DNA from: an uncultured Actinomycetota bacterium
Lineage (GTDB): Bacteria; Actinomycetota; Acidimicrobiia; Acidimicrobiales; SZUA-35
Length of the DNA stretch: 64,000 bases
Assembly (NCBI GenBank): GCA_963732695.1
Contig: CAVTAP010000016.1
Coordinates: 101,454 to 165,453 of the forward strand
Direction of reading: 5' to 3'
Part shown: piece after piece, positions 1-8,276 of the stretch
Numbering within the stretch: the stretch's first letter is position 1
Layout of the letters: each line of letters begins with the position of its first letter
Made by a program: the position numbers and the translations under genes
The notes under the pieces: model-generated
What the model was told of the DNA's origin: nothing
The model's input: only the letters and a program-made list of their open reading frames with translations
Database searches by the model: none

Positions 1-627
1 GGGGGTATCGGTCCACTTCAGGGCCACCACCGTGGCCGAACCGACGGCCGCGATCTTCTGGTCGTTGCCGTTGTCGCAGTTGTGGCGGCTGATGGACGAC
101 CCGACCTGGCCCGGGTTGTGGACCTGGTAGCACTCGCCACCGTGCCGGTCGCTGTACATCGCCCCCTGGTAGATCACGGCACCCACCGGATAGGAGGCGG
201 CCGTCGTGCTGGTGGTGGCGGCCGTGGTGGACGTCGTCGTGGCCCCCGTCGTGCTGGTGGTGGCGGCCGTCGTGGACGTCGTCGTGGCCCCCGTCGTGCT
301 GGTGGTGGCGGCCGTGGTGGACGTGGTGGTGGGCGCGGTGGTGGTCGTCGTGGGGGCCGGCGGCTGGGGCAGCCAGTTCGGCTCCTCGGGCAGGTCGGGG
401 CTCATCTCGGCCGCCAGCTCCCGGGGCTGCCCCACATCCGAGCCGGTCTCGACCAGGTAGGAGCCCGACTCGTCCTGGAGTTGCATGATCCCACCGAAGG
501 CGGCCACCACCACCAGCGACACGACCAGCCCGTACTCGGTGAGCGTGGCGCCCCGCTCGCCCCGGCGGGGGTGGGTCGGGAGCTCGGGTCGACGGGGTCG
601 ACGGAGGGGGAACGCGACTCGGGCCAT
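1..627 (-). CDS. Partial CDS whose 3' end runs off the window. Protein has a Flp-type prepilin-like leader, a Thr-rich repeat linker and a Cys-containing C-terminal domain.
   Basis: Absent from the ORF track because it has no stop inside the window. My translation from the ATG at 627 on the minus strand reads MARVAFPLRRPRRPELPTHPRRGERGATLTEYGLVVSLVVVAAFGGIMQLQ...APTTTTTAPTTTSTTAATTSTTGATTTSTTAATTSTTGATTTSTTAATTSTTAASYPVGAVIYQGAMYSDRHGGECYQVHNPGQVGSSISRHNCDNGNDQ... The G/ATLTEYGL motif followed by a hydrophobic helix resembles the Flp/Fap prepilin processing motif. Confidence 0.55.
   Translation of the reverse strand, partial: MARVAFPLRRPRRPELPTHPRRGERGATLTEYGLVVSLVVVAAFGGIMQLQDESGSYLVETGSDVGQPRELAAEMSPDLPEEPNWLPQPPAPTTTTTAPTTTSTTAATTSTTGATTTSTTAATTSTTGATTTSTTAATTSTTAASYPVGAVIYQGAMYSDRHGGECYQVHNPGQVGSSISRHNCDNGNDQKIAAVGSATVVALKWTDTP
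202..336. repeat. 3 x 45-bp tandem repeat inside the CDS above, encoding Thr-rich 15-aa units
   Basis: Units lie at 202-246, 247-291 and 292-336 (cgtcgtgctggtggtggcggccgtSgtggacgtcgtcgtggcccc). Units 1 and 2 differ at one base. Unit 3 diverges at its end. Confidence 0.9.
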
Positions 628-681
628 GGTCGGCGCATCGGCCGGCCCGGCGCCGCCCTTGAGCAGAACGGTCCGAAGAGA

Positions 682-2028
682 CTAGTGGCCGCTGGCTCCG
701 ATGGCCCGGGCCGCGGCCCGGATCTCCCCCACCACGTAGATGCTGCCGGTGACGAGGATCAGATCGTCGCCCGCGGTCACGGCCAGCGCCCGCTGCAGGG
801 CCTCCACCGGGTTCTTCACCACCTCGACCGACAGGCCCAGCCGGGTGGCGGCCCGGGCGATCTCGTCGGCCGGGATGGCCCGGGACCAGTCGGGCTCGCA
901 GCAGATCACGGCGTCGAACTCGTCGGCCCCGAGGGCCTCCAGCATCTCCACCGGATCTTTGCCTGACAGCATGCCCACCACCAGCACCCACGAGCCGAGA
1001 CGGGCGAACGCCTCTCGCAGAGTGGCCGATGCGGCCCGGGCCCCGGGTGGGTTGTGGGCCCCGTCGAGAATGATCGTCGGGCCGTGGGCCACCACCTCGA
1101 ACCGGGCCGGAAGCTCCACGGTGGCCAGAGCGAACTCGACGAGGTCCTGCTCCGAGGGACGGCCGAAGAAGGCCTCCACCGCCGCCACCGCTGTGGCCAG
1201 GTTGTCGCCCTGATGGGCGCCGTGGAAGGGGACGAACAGCTGGTCGTAGCGGGCGCCGGGGGTCACGAGGTCGATCACCCGGCCCCCCACCGCCAGCTCG
1301 TTGCTCTCGACAACGAACTCCTCCCCTGCGCTCCACAGGGCGACCGGGCCCTCGGCGGCGAAGATCGGCTCCAGCTCGCCCATGGGTGACCCGAGGATGG
1401 CGTGGCTGGTCGGCTTGATGATCCCGGCCTTCTCCGAGGCCACCTGGGCCTCCCACCCCTCCTCGCCGCTGGTGTGGTCTTTGCCGATGTTGGTGACCAC
1501 GGCCACGTCGCCGGTGACCACGTTGGTGGCGTCGTAGCGGCCGAGCAGCCCCACCTCCACCACGGCCACGTCCACCCCCAACTCGGCGAACCAGGCGAAG
1601 GCGGCGGCCGTGAGCAGGTCGAAGCGGCTGGGACGGCGGGACAACAGAGGCTCCACTCCGGCCATCAGGGCCATGAGGCGCCCGAAGTCGTCGTTGGAGA
1701 TCGGTTGCCCGGCCCAGCTCAGCCGCTCGTTCACCGTCTCGATGTTGGGGCTGGTATAGGTGCCGACCGACAGATCGGTGGCCTGCAGCAGGGCGCTCGT
1801 GTAGCGGGCGGTGGAGCCCTTGCCGTTGGTTCCGGTGATGTGGATCACCCGGTACGCCTCGTGGGGGTCGCCGAGGGCGGCCATCAGCTCCCGCATCGGC
1901 TCCAGCGACAGCCCGTCGGTCTGGCCGGCCGTGGGCAGGCCCGGGGAGCCGGGCGCGAACCGGTCGCGGCGGCTGCCTTCCAGGTTGGTGTGCTGGTCGA
2001 GGAAGGCCAGCGCGCTGCGATAGTCCAA
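682..2028 (-). CDS. folC: Folylpolyglutamate synthase / dihydrofolate synthase
   Basis: 448-aa ORF with the Mur-ligase-type P-loop HITGTNGKGST, a FolC-like N-terminus (ALAFLDQHTNLE) and a FolC-like C-terminal domain. Confidence 0.9.
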   Translation of the reverse strand: MDYRSALAFLDQHTNLEGSRRDRFAPGSPGLPTAGQTDGLSLEPMRELMAALGDPHEAYRVIHITGTNGKGSTARYTSALLQATDLSVGTYTSPNIETVNERLSWAGQPISNDDFGRLMALMAGVEPLLSRRPSRFDLLTAAAFAWFAELGVDVAVVEVGLLGRYDATNVVTGDVAVVTNIGKDHTSGEEGWEAQVASEKAGIIKPTSHAILGSPMGELEPIFAAEGPVALWSAGEEFVVESNELAVGGRVIDLVTPGARYDQLFVPFHGAHQGDNLATAVAAVEAFFGRPSEQDLVEFALATVELPARFEVVAHGPTIILDGAHNPPGARAASATLREAFARLGSWVLVVGMLSGKDPVEMLEALGADEFDAVICCEPDWSRAIPADEIARAATRLGLSVEVVKNPVEALQRALAVTAGDDLILVTGSIYVVGEIRAAARAIGASGH

Positions 2029-2053
2029 CGGGGGATCCCGGGTCGAACGACGG

Positions 2054-3325
2054 CTAGGACGCGGCCCGCCGCTGCCGCTGACGGGTTTCGTTCCGGGGCA
2101 CCAGGGTGGGGTTGACCCGATCGAGCACCGTGCTGGCGTCGAGCACGCAGCGGCCCACGTCCTCCCGGCCGGGGAGGTCGTACATCACGTCGAGCAGCAC
2201 CTCTTCCAGGATGGCCCGGAGGCCGCGGGCACCGGTACCCCGCAGGAGGGCCTGATCGGCGATGGCGCCGAGGGCGTCCTCGGTGAACTCGAGCTCCACG
2301 TCCTCCATCTCGAAGAACTTCTGGTACTGCTTGACCAGAGCGTCCTTCGGCTCCACCAGGATGCGGACCAGCGCGTCCTGGCTGAGGTTGGTGACCGTGC
2401 CGATCACCGGGAGGCGCCCCACGAACTCGGGGATCAGGCCGAACTTGAGGAGATCCTCGGGGCGGACCCGGGCGTAGATGTCGTCGGCCGACTTGGCCGC
2501 CGAGCCGATGTCGGCCTTGAAACCGACAGAGCGGGCACCGATGCGGCGCTCGATGATGGTCTCGATGCCGGCGAAGGCGCCACCGCAGATGAACAAGATG
2601 TTCGAGGTGTCGATCTGGATGAAATCCTGATGGGGATGCTTGCGCCCGCCCTGGGGTGGCACCGAGGCCACCGTGCCTTCGAGGATCTTGAGGAGGGCCT
2701 GCTGCACACCCTCGCCCGACACGTCCCGGGTGATCGACGGGTTCTCGCTCTTGCGGGCGATCTTGTCGATCTCGTCGATGTAGATGATCCCGGTCTCGGC
2801 CCGCTTCACGTCGAAGTCGGCCGCCTGGATCAGCTTGAGCAGGATGTTCTCCACGTCCTCGCCCACGTAGCCGGCCTCGGTCAGGGCCGTGGCGTCGGCG
2901 ATGGCGAACGGCACGTTGAGCATCCGGGCCAGGGTCTTGGCCAGCAGGGTCTTGCCACAGCCGGTGGGCCCCATCAGCAGGATGTTGCTCTTGGCCAGCT
3001 CCACGTCGGGGTTGGAACCCGCCTGGGCGCCGTACTGGATGCGCTTGTAGTGGTTGTAGACGGCGACCGAGAGAATCTTCTTGGCCGTGTCCTGTCCGAC
3101 GATCCAGTCGTTCAGGAACTCGTAGATCTCACGCGGCTTGAGCAGCTCCTCGAAGCTGAGGTCGCCGCCGTCGGCCAGCTCCTCTTCGATGATCTCATTG
3201 CAGAGATCGATGCACTCGTCGCAGATGTACACGCCGGGACCGGCGATCAGCTTCTTGACCTGCTTCTGCGACTTGCCGCAGAACGAGCACTTGAGGAGCT
3301 CGCCACCCTCTCCGAACTTCGCCAC
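2054..3325 (-). CDS. clpX: ATP-dependent Clp protease ATP-binding subunit ClpX
   Basis: 423 aa. N-terminal zinc-binding CSFCGK...YICDECI, Walker A GPTGCGKT, and the typical ClpX C-terminus. Confidence 0.97.
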   Translation of the reverse strand: MAKFGEGGELLKCSFCGKSQKQVKKLIAGPGVYICDECIDLCNEIIEEELADGGDLSFEELLKPREIYEFLNDWIVGQDTAKKILSVAVYNHYKRIQYGAQAGSNPDVELAKSNILLMGPTGCGKTLLAKTLARMLNVPFAIADATALTEAGYVGEDVENILLKLIQAADFDVKRAETGIIYIDEIDKIARKSENPSITRDVSGEGVQQALLKILEGTVASVPPQGGRKHPHQDFIQIDTSNILFICGGAFAGIETIIERRIGARSVGFKADIGSAAKSADDIYARVRPEDLLKFGLIPEFVGRLPVIGTVTNLSQDALVRILVEPKDALVKQYQKFFEMEDVELEFTEDALGAIADQALLRGTGARGLRAILEEVLLDVMYDLPGREDVGRCVLDASTVLDRVNPTLVPRNETRQRQRRAAS

Positions 3326-3342
3326 CCTCGCTGTCCCCCCTG

Positions 3343-3990
3343 CTAGGAGCCGACGGCCCGGATCGGGCCAGTGGTGTCGACCGACTGCCGCTCGCGTAGC
3401 ACCTCGTCGATGATGCCGTACTCCCGGGCCTCGTTGGCCGTCATGACGAAGTCACGATCGGTGTCGGCGGCGATCCGCTCGATCGGCTGGCCCGAGTGGC
3501 GGGCCAGCGTCTCCTCCAACACCTTCTTGATGCGCTCGATCTCGTTGGCCGCGATCTCCAGATCTGACACCTGCCCCTGGGCCCCGGTGTAGGGCTGGTG
3601 GAGCAGGATGCGGGCGTTGGAGAGGGCCAGGCGCTTGCCCTTGGTACCGGCGGCGAGCAGGATGGCGGCCGCCGAGGCCGCCTGCCCGAAGCAGATGGTG
3701 GTGACGTCGGGCTTGATGTACTGCATCGTGTCGTAGATGGCGAACATGGCGTTGATGTCGCCGCCCGGTGAGTTGATGTAGAGGCTGATGTCCCGGTCGG
3801 GGTTCTCCGACTCCAGGTGCAGCATCTGGGCGCAGATCACGTTGGCGATGTCGTCGTAGATCGGCGTGCCCAGGAAGATGATGTTGTCCCGCAGGAGCCG
3901 TGAGTAGATGTCCGCGGTCCGTTCCCCACGGCTCGTCTGCTCGATGACCATGGGGATGATGGAGTTGTACGTGGGCGCGGCGTGCGTCAC
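3343..3990 (-). CDS. clpP: ATP-dependent Clp protease proteolytic subunit ClpP
   Basis: 215 aa. [22 protein letters not shown] is ClpP-typical, and [14 protein letters not shown] carries the catalytic Ser context. The GTG start directly abuts the tig stop codon. Confidence 0.95.
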   Translation of the reverse strand: MTHAAPTYNSIIPMVIEQTSRGERTADIYSRLLRDNIIFLGTPIYDDIANVICAQMLHLESENPDRDISLYINSPGGDINAMFAIYDTMQYIKPDVTTICFGQAASAAAILLAAGTKGKRLALSNARILLHQPYTGAQGQVSDLEIAANEIERIKKVLEETLARHSGQPIERIAADTDRDFVMTANEAREYGIIDEVLRERQSVDTTGPIRAVGS

Positions 3991-5355
3991 TTAGTGGTCC
4001 TCTCCGGAATCGTGCTCGTGATCGTGATCGTGATCGGTTGGCAGTTCTAGCGCATCTGGGGAGACGGTTTGGCCATCCTCGTCGACGACCGTGGCCCGCT
4101 CGGTGACCCAGTCGAGCGCCTTGTTTTTGAGAAGATCGGCCCGCAGGGCCGGCATCCGCCCGGCCTGGTCGAAGTCGGCCCGGACCTCTTCGGGCGACTT
4201 GTCGAGGTGGCCGGCGATGTGCTCCAGCTCGTGCTCGAGATCGTGGTCGGTGACCTCGAGGCCCTCGGTCTGGGCGATGGCCCGGAGGGCCAGATCGAAC
4301 TTGGCCGAGCCCCGGGCGTCGGCCCGGAGGCCCTCCAGCACGTCGGCCTGTGACTGGCCGGTGATCTGGAGGAAGGTGTTGAAGTCGATCCCCTGGGCGT
4401 TCAGGCGCAGCGCCATGTCCTGGGCCCGGGCCTCCACCTCGTTGTCGATCATGGCCTCGGGGACCAGCTCGTCGTCGACCAACTCGGCCAGGGCCTCGGC
4501 CAACTTGCTGCGCCGGGCGGCCCGGGCCTGGTTGACCCGCACCGTGGTCATGCTGGTCCGGAAGTTGTCTCGCAGCTCGGCCAGCGTCTCGAACTCGCTG
4601 TTGTCGGCGGCCCAGGCGTCGGTGGCCTCGGGCAGCACCATCTCCTGCACCTTGTGCAGCCTGATGGTGAAGTTGAGGGGTTCGTCCTCGTCCTCGTCGG
4701 GGTGGTCGGCGGAGAAGGTGAGCTCGTCACCGGCGGAGGCCCCGGTGAGGTGCTCGTCGATCTCGGCGACAACAGCTCCGCTGCCCACCTCATAAACGTA
4801 GTCGGTGGCGGTGAGGCCGGGCACAACTTCGCCTTGGTGGGTGGCCTCGATGTCGATCACGGCCCGGTCTCCGGCGGCGGCCGGACGGTCCACGTCGGCC
4901 AGCTCGCCGAACTTGGACCGCATCCGGTCGACGGCGCCGTCGACCAGGTCTTCTCCCACCGCCAGCGACGGGACCTCGATCTCCAGGCTGGAATAGCCCT
5001 CGACGGAGATCGTGGGGCGAACCTCGACCACGGCATCGAACGAGATGGCCCCGCTCTCCTGGCCGTCGGTGATGTCGATCTCGGGGGGAGCGATGACGTC
5101 GACCTCGTGCTCCTTCACCGCCTCGGTGTAGTAGACGGGCAGAGCCTCCCGGAACGCCTCCTGGCGGGCGTAGGACTGGCCGATACGGGCCTCCAGGACC
5201 TTGCGAGGGGCCTTGCCGGGTCGGAACCCCGGGAGGCGGACCTCCCTGGCCAAGCGCTGGAAGGCGGCATCGAGATCTTTCTCGAACTCCGCCTCCTCCA
5301 CCTGAACGACGACCTTGACCTTGTTCCCCTCGAGGGTCTCCACAGACGACTTCAC
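3991..5355 (-). CDS. tig: Trigger factor (start trimmed from the track ORF)
   Basis: A trigger-factor-like sequence begins at VKSSVETLEGNKVKVVVQVEEAEFEKDL...GFRPGKAPRKVLE. The upstream 100 codons of the 555-aa track ORF read antisense through tRNA-Pro (GRFELPTP signature) and are rejected. The start could be the GTG at 5355 or at 5358. Confidence 0.9.
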   Translation of the reverse strand: MKSSVETLEGNKVKVVVQVEEAEFEKDLDAAFQRLAREVRLPGFRPGKAPRKVLEARIGQSYARQEAFREALPVYYTEAVKEHEVDVIAPPEIDITDGQESGAISFDAVVEVRPTISVEGYSSLEIEVPSLAVGEDLVDGAVDRMRSKFGELADVDRPAAAGDRAVIDIEATHQGEVVPGLTATDYVYEVGSGAVVAEIDEHLTGASAGDELTFSADHPDEDEDEPLNFTIRLHKVQEMVLPEATDAWAADNSEFETLAELRDNFRTSMTTVRVNQARAARRSKLAEALAELVDDELVPEAMIDNEVEARAQDMALRLNAQGIDFNTFLQITGQSQADVLEGLRADARGSAKFDLALRAIAQTEGLEVTDHDLEHELEHIAGHLDKSPEEVRADFDQAGRMPALRADLLKNKALDWVTERATVVDEDGQTVSPDALELPTDHDHDHEHDSGEDH

Positions 5356-5561
5356 CACCCCGAGTGTAACGAGCAGCCACAGGCGCCGCGCCGCCGATTG
5401 CCGCCACCCGAGCCGGTCGTTCCTGGCCCTCCGAGGCGTCCGGCGGATCTCGTTGCCGCTGGTCAGCGGCCCCCGCCGGCTGGTGCGGGGCCGCCGGCCC
5501 GACCCCGGGGACCAAAGGCCATGCCGGGTGGCGGCGTCGCAGGCTACGATGGTCGCCGCTC

Positions 5562-5636
5562 CGGGATGTAGCGCAGTTTGGCTAGCGCACCTGCTTTGGG
5601 AGCAGGGGGTCGGGAGTTCAAATCTCCCCATCCCGA
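5562..5636 (+). tRNA. tRNA-Pro (anticodon TGG)
   Basis: Hand-folded cloverleaf: acceptor CGGGATG/CATCCCG, D stem GCGC/GCGC, anticodon stem CCTGC/GCAGG with loop TTTGGGA, T arm GGGAG-TTCAAAT-CTCCC, discriminator A. CCA is not encoded. Confidence 0.9.
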
Positions 5637-5655
5637 CCGGGGAGAGGAAACCCGG

Positions 5656-5697
5656 CAACCCCAGGTCACACCGCCATTACAGCGTGACCTGGGGTTG
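5656..5697 (+). terminator. Perfect 14-bp stem hairpin just downstream of tRNA-Pro
   Basis: caaccccaggtcac (5656-5669) pairs perfectly with gtgacctggggttg (5684-5697) around a 14-nt loop. There is no clear U-tract. Confidence 0.5.
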
Positions 5698-5866
5698 CAG
5701 CTGGGAAGCCCTCCGCGGGGCCGCTGCTAACCCACGCCTGCCGGGCGTTCGTTGAGCCGTAGCCTCCAGTACTGTAAACGACGACCTCAACAGTCGCTGG
5801 CTGCAGGCCAGGGCCCGCGAGATTGCCGAGCAGTACACCCGCGGCCAGTAGCCGATCGCGACAACC

Positions 5867-6133
5867 TCAAGCTTGCAAAACGAGACGAAGCATGGCCGCC
5901 ATCGCCACTGCAATCGTGCAAAGTGAGAGAGCAATCAGAAACCCTGTCCCCGATATCGAAGCAATGAGGAGCAGGAGGTTGGGGAGGGTGACAAGTACGG
6001 CGGCAACACCCAACGATCTCCCCTCAACTTGACGGCGCGGTCGTTGCTCGATCGACTGCCACTGGGCTCGGATCCAGGTCGCTAGCAGATCACTAAGTTC
6101 TGAGCTGCGATCGCTTGTCCGGTTGACTAGCAC
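5867..6133 (-). CDS. Hypothetical small membrane protein (two hydrophobic segments)
   Basis: 88-aa ORF with a GTG start that overlaps the stop of the upstream small ORF by 7 nt. It has hydrophobic stretches VAAVLVTLPNLLLLIASI and FLIALSLCTIAVAMAAML. It lies in the low-GC patch and I recognise no family. Confidence 0.35.
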   Translation of the reverse strand: MLVNRTSDRSSELSDLLATWIRAQWQSIEQRPRRQVEGRSLGVAAVLVTLPNLLLLIASISGTGFLIALSLCTIAVAMAAMLRLVLQA

Positions 6134-6369
6134 GATCCGCCGCCAGCCACCTGCCGCAGTCCCGGCGCTGGTTCGTAGCCTACGAGACCAAAGGGGAGCG
6201 ACGGCGCCTCCTGACGCACACGCGCTCGGAGTCGTTCCAGGGTCTCATCGAGTTCAGCTATCTGGCGTTCAAGCCTTCTTGCGACATCATTCGACATCCC
6301 ATCCGCCGAACGGTCGTCACCCCACCGCGCTACCAACGAATGACATTCCGATCGGATATTGCTCCACAC
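6127..6369 (-). CDS. Small coiled-coil protein, copy 1 of a two-member family in this window
   Basis: From the GTG at 6369 the product reads (V)WSNIRSECHSLVARWGDDRSADGMSNDVARRLERQIAELDETLERLRARV... It is paralogous to 36037..36300 (MWNDQFGIRS...RLEHQIADLDETLARLKGQI) with recognisable DNA-level similarity. The track ORF extends to 6468, but that extension looks like a sigma-factor remnant. Confidence 0.4.
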   Translation of the reverse strand: MWSNIRSECHSLVARWGDDRSADGMSNDVARRLERQIAELDETLERLRARVRQEAPSLPFGLVGYEPAPGLRQVAGGGSC

Positions 6370-6740
6370 GCTCCAGACCTGCCCTTCACTCTTCCCCTTT
6401 GGGTATCTTCCCCGCTCACGTCGCCGAGCGATGAGTAGGTTTGCATGGCGGCGAATTGCAACCTTCAATATCCAACGATCTCACGAATCGAATCGTAGTC
6501 ACTAGAACCGGTTGTGAGGAAGTGAAGGACCCGAGAAGGTGATGAACCGCTTCCGAGCGATGTCATCGCATGCTCTCGCCGACGCACGACGCGTCGTTCC
6601 GCGATATTTGGCTGCGGGCCAATCCCCACGGGCTACTGGTGACGTTTGCCACATAAGTCCCCACGGCGGGATGCACCCTGGCCACAGGGGAAACCAAGGC
6701 CCTACCCAGCCCGCATTTGTGGGTAGTCTGGTAGCCATTT
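6370..6740 (-). pseudogene. Possible decayed ECF sigma-factor fragment (region 2-like), interrupted by stops and a frameshift
   Basis: Minus-strand translations ...ACDDIARKRFITF... and, after stops, DRWILKVAIRRHANLLIARRRERGR weakly parallel ...RDSVQDAFVKAA... and VTWVRRVAINRSRDVHRSARRRQQRE of the intact ECF sigma at 35427..35936. Confidence 0.25.
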
Positions 6741-7144
6741 GCCTGTGGGAAGAGACTCCCGGTCAGATTCCTGCCCCAACAGAATCTGAACATTCTCGCA
6801 TGTCTCTTCCCACAGGCGCCGGCGTATTGAACCGACATGATCCGGCGGGAGTTGCCAGAGTGCGCTGATTCAACCTTTGTCAGAACTTCAGCTCGCTGGC
6901 GGACGATCGCGATCGAACGGCTCGATGAACCCATCGGCACGCACGTATGGCCATTCGCCTAGCAATGAGTTGATCATCGCCGCGATGCAGGGCAACCCCA
7001 CAGCCACGTAGGTGGTACACCAGCGTAGGTTTCTCGACTGCCTGGATATACCCACAAGGCCAGCTCGCCGCGATCTAGATCGGACCAGAGTGATCCTCTA
7101 TGACATCTGCTAGAAAGAGGACATGCACAGACCTGCGGGTCCAT

Positions 7145-8173
7145 TCAGCAACGGCCTGAGATCGAGGTAGTGGCATGCCAAACCTCGCCAACTCTTTCTA
7201 CAATAACCGCCAAGTGCTGATCCCAATCCGCGTAGCGCTCAAACCAGTATGCGTCGGTAGATTTTGCGTAGTACTGGTTGTATATCCTTGGCGAATTTGG
7301 AAGATCTAGAGGTTCACCTTCAGGCGAAGCAAGGAAATCACGGAGCGCTTCGGCCGGACTCTGGGCAGCCGGGCCATCGACGACTGAGGCGACTGCCCCT
7401 CGCCTTTCGTGGCACTCCATCGTGAAACCTGGTTGGGGCGGTCGCTCCCGCTCGGAAGCCGCCCCCTCATTAACAAGGGCGGGAACCTCGTAACCATTAG
7501 GGTTCCCGAGCTGGTATATGCGTCGGATGGTCTCCCCATTGTCGTCTATCTCCCGAATCTCTACACGCTCACACGGCCGTTCCCACGCATTCCGATCGGT
7601 GAGAAAGTTCATCACGAACGTGACACGACCCATCGGGCTACTGTCGTCACGCACGACAAGCTCGCCGCTGCCCTCGACCATGCTCGAACCCCCGAAGCGA
7701 TTGGCCAACTCCGAAATCTCGAGTTGCGAAGGGTCATACGAGCCAAACAGCGGCTGGGGGTCAGGCGGCCAACGCACCTCGAACACTCCCCTATTCGTAC
7801 GCCAGTGCAACGCGATCTGACCATCGATCACCGTACCCTCGGCAGGACCGCTTACGCCTCCTCCGATCGCATCTGGGATTTGAAGCGAGACCGGCAGGGT
7901 GCCGCCGCACAGCGATGAATAGGCGTTGTCCGCACCGACGCCGGAGCCCTCAGTAACCCCTTCATCACCCGCTTTGACGGACACCCTCGGCCCTTCAGTC
8001 GTTGGTGCCGTGACGCCACCGGGTCCTAGCTCGGGCACCGTGGAGGGCTCAACGCGAGGAGCCCTAGACTCTGCGACGCCACAACCAACGACAGCCATCA
8101 GGAGCAGGCCAACGAGAGCAGCCGACAGGATCCGAGTACTGTTCAAAGCGGCGTAGAGACATCGATAGGGCAT
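7145..8173 (-). CDS. Hypothetical lipoprotein / secreted protein
   Basis: 342-aa ORF. The N-terminus ILSAALVGLLLMAVVGCG looks like a lipoprotein signal. GC is lower than in the neighbouring genes. I recognise no family. Confidence 0.55.
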   Translation of the reverse strand: MPYRCLYAALNSTRILSAALVGLLLMAVVGCGVAESRAPRVEPSTVPELGPGGVTAPTTEGPRVSVKAGDEGVTEGSGVGADNAYSSLCGGTLPVSLQIPDAIGGGVSGPAEGTVIDGQIALHWRTNRGVFEVRWPPDPQPLFGSYDPSQLEISELANRFGGSSMVEGSGELVVRDDSSPMGRVTFVMNFLTDRNAWERPCERVEIREIDDNGETIRRIYQLGNPNGYEVPALVNEGAASERERPPQPGFTMECHERRGAVASVVDGPAAQSPAEALRDFLASPEGEPLDLPNSPRIYNQYYAKSTDAYWFERYADWDQHLAVIVERVGEVWHATTSISGRC

Positions 8174-8276
8174 GCCGCAACCACGACGTCGTCGGGCCTG
8201 CGGGTTTGGTCACGAGTCGGCTCGACCCGGTAGAGAGCGGTCGGTGCCGACTAGCCACGACATGTCAGGGCCCGCC

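Noticed and set aside
202-336. Possible CRISPR-like or other repeat array. The 26-bp repeat at 25199 was also considered.
   Set aside because: The repeats are directly tandem with no spacers, number only 2-3 units, and lie inside or at the end of coding sequence. No cas genes are present, so this is not CRISPR.
82-966. 294-aa plus-strand ORF, extremely Gly/Arg-rich (RRGPRRAGGGGRRGRRRG repeats)
   Set aside because: It is the antisense shadow of the Thr-rich repeat CDS (1..627, minus) and of the folC 3' end. Its composition is typical of off-frame high-GC ORFs.
5356-5658. N-terminal 100-codon extension of the trigger-factor ORF
   Set aside because: It reads antisense through tRNA-Pro (the GRFELPTP signature peptide) and through Arg/Pro-rich junk. 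Trigger-factor homology starts at VKSSVETLEG.
5637-8260. Direct repeat of the tRNA-Pro 3' end that would delimit the low-GC patch
   Set aside because: No copy of ggagttcaaatctccccatcccga or an obvious degenerate version was seen downstream, so no att boundary is claimed.
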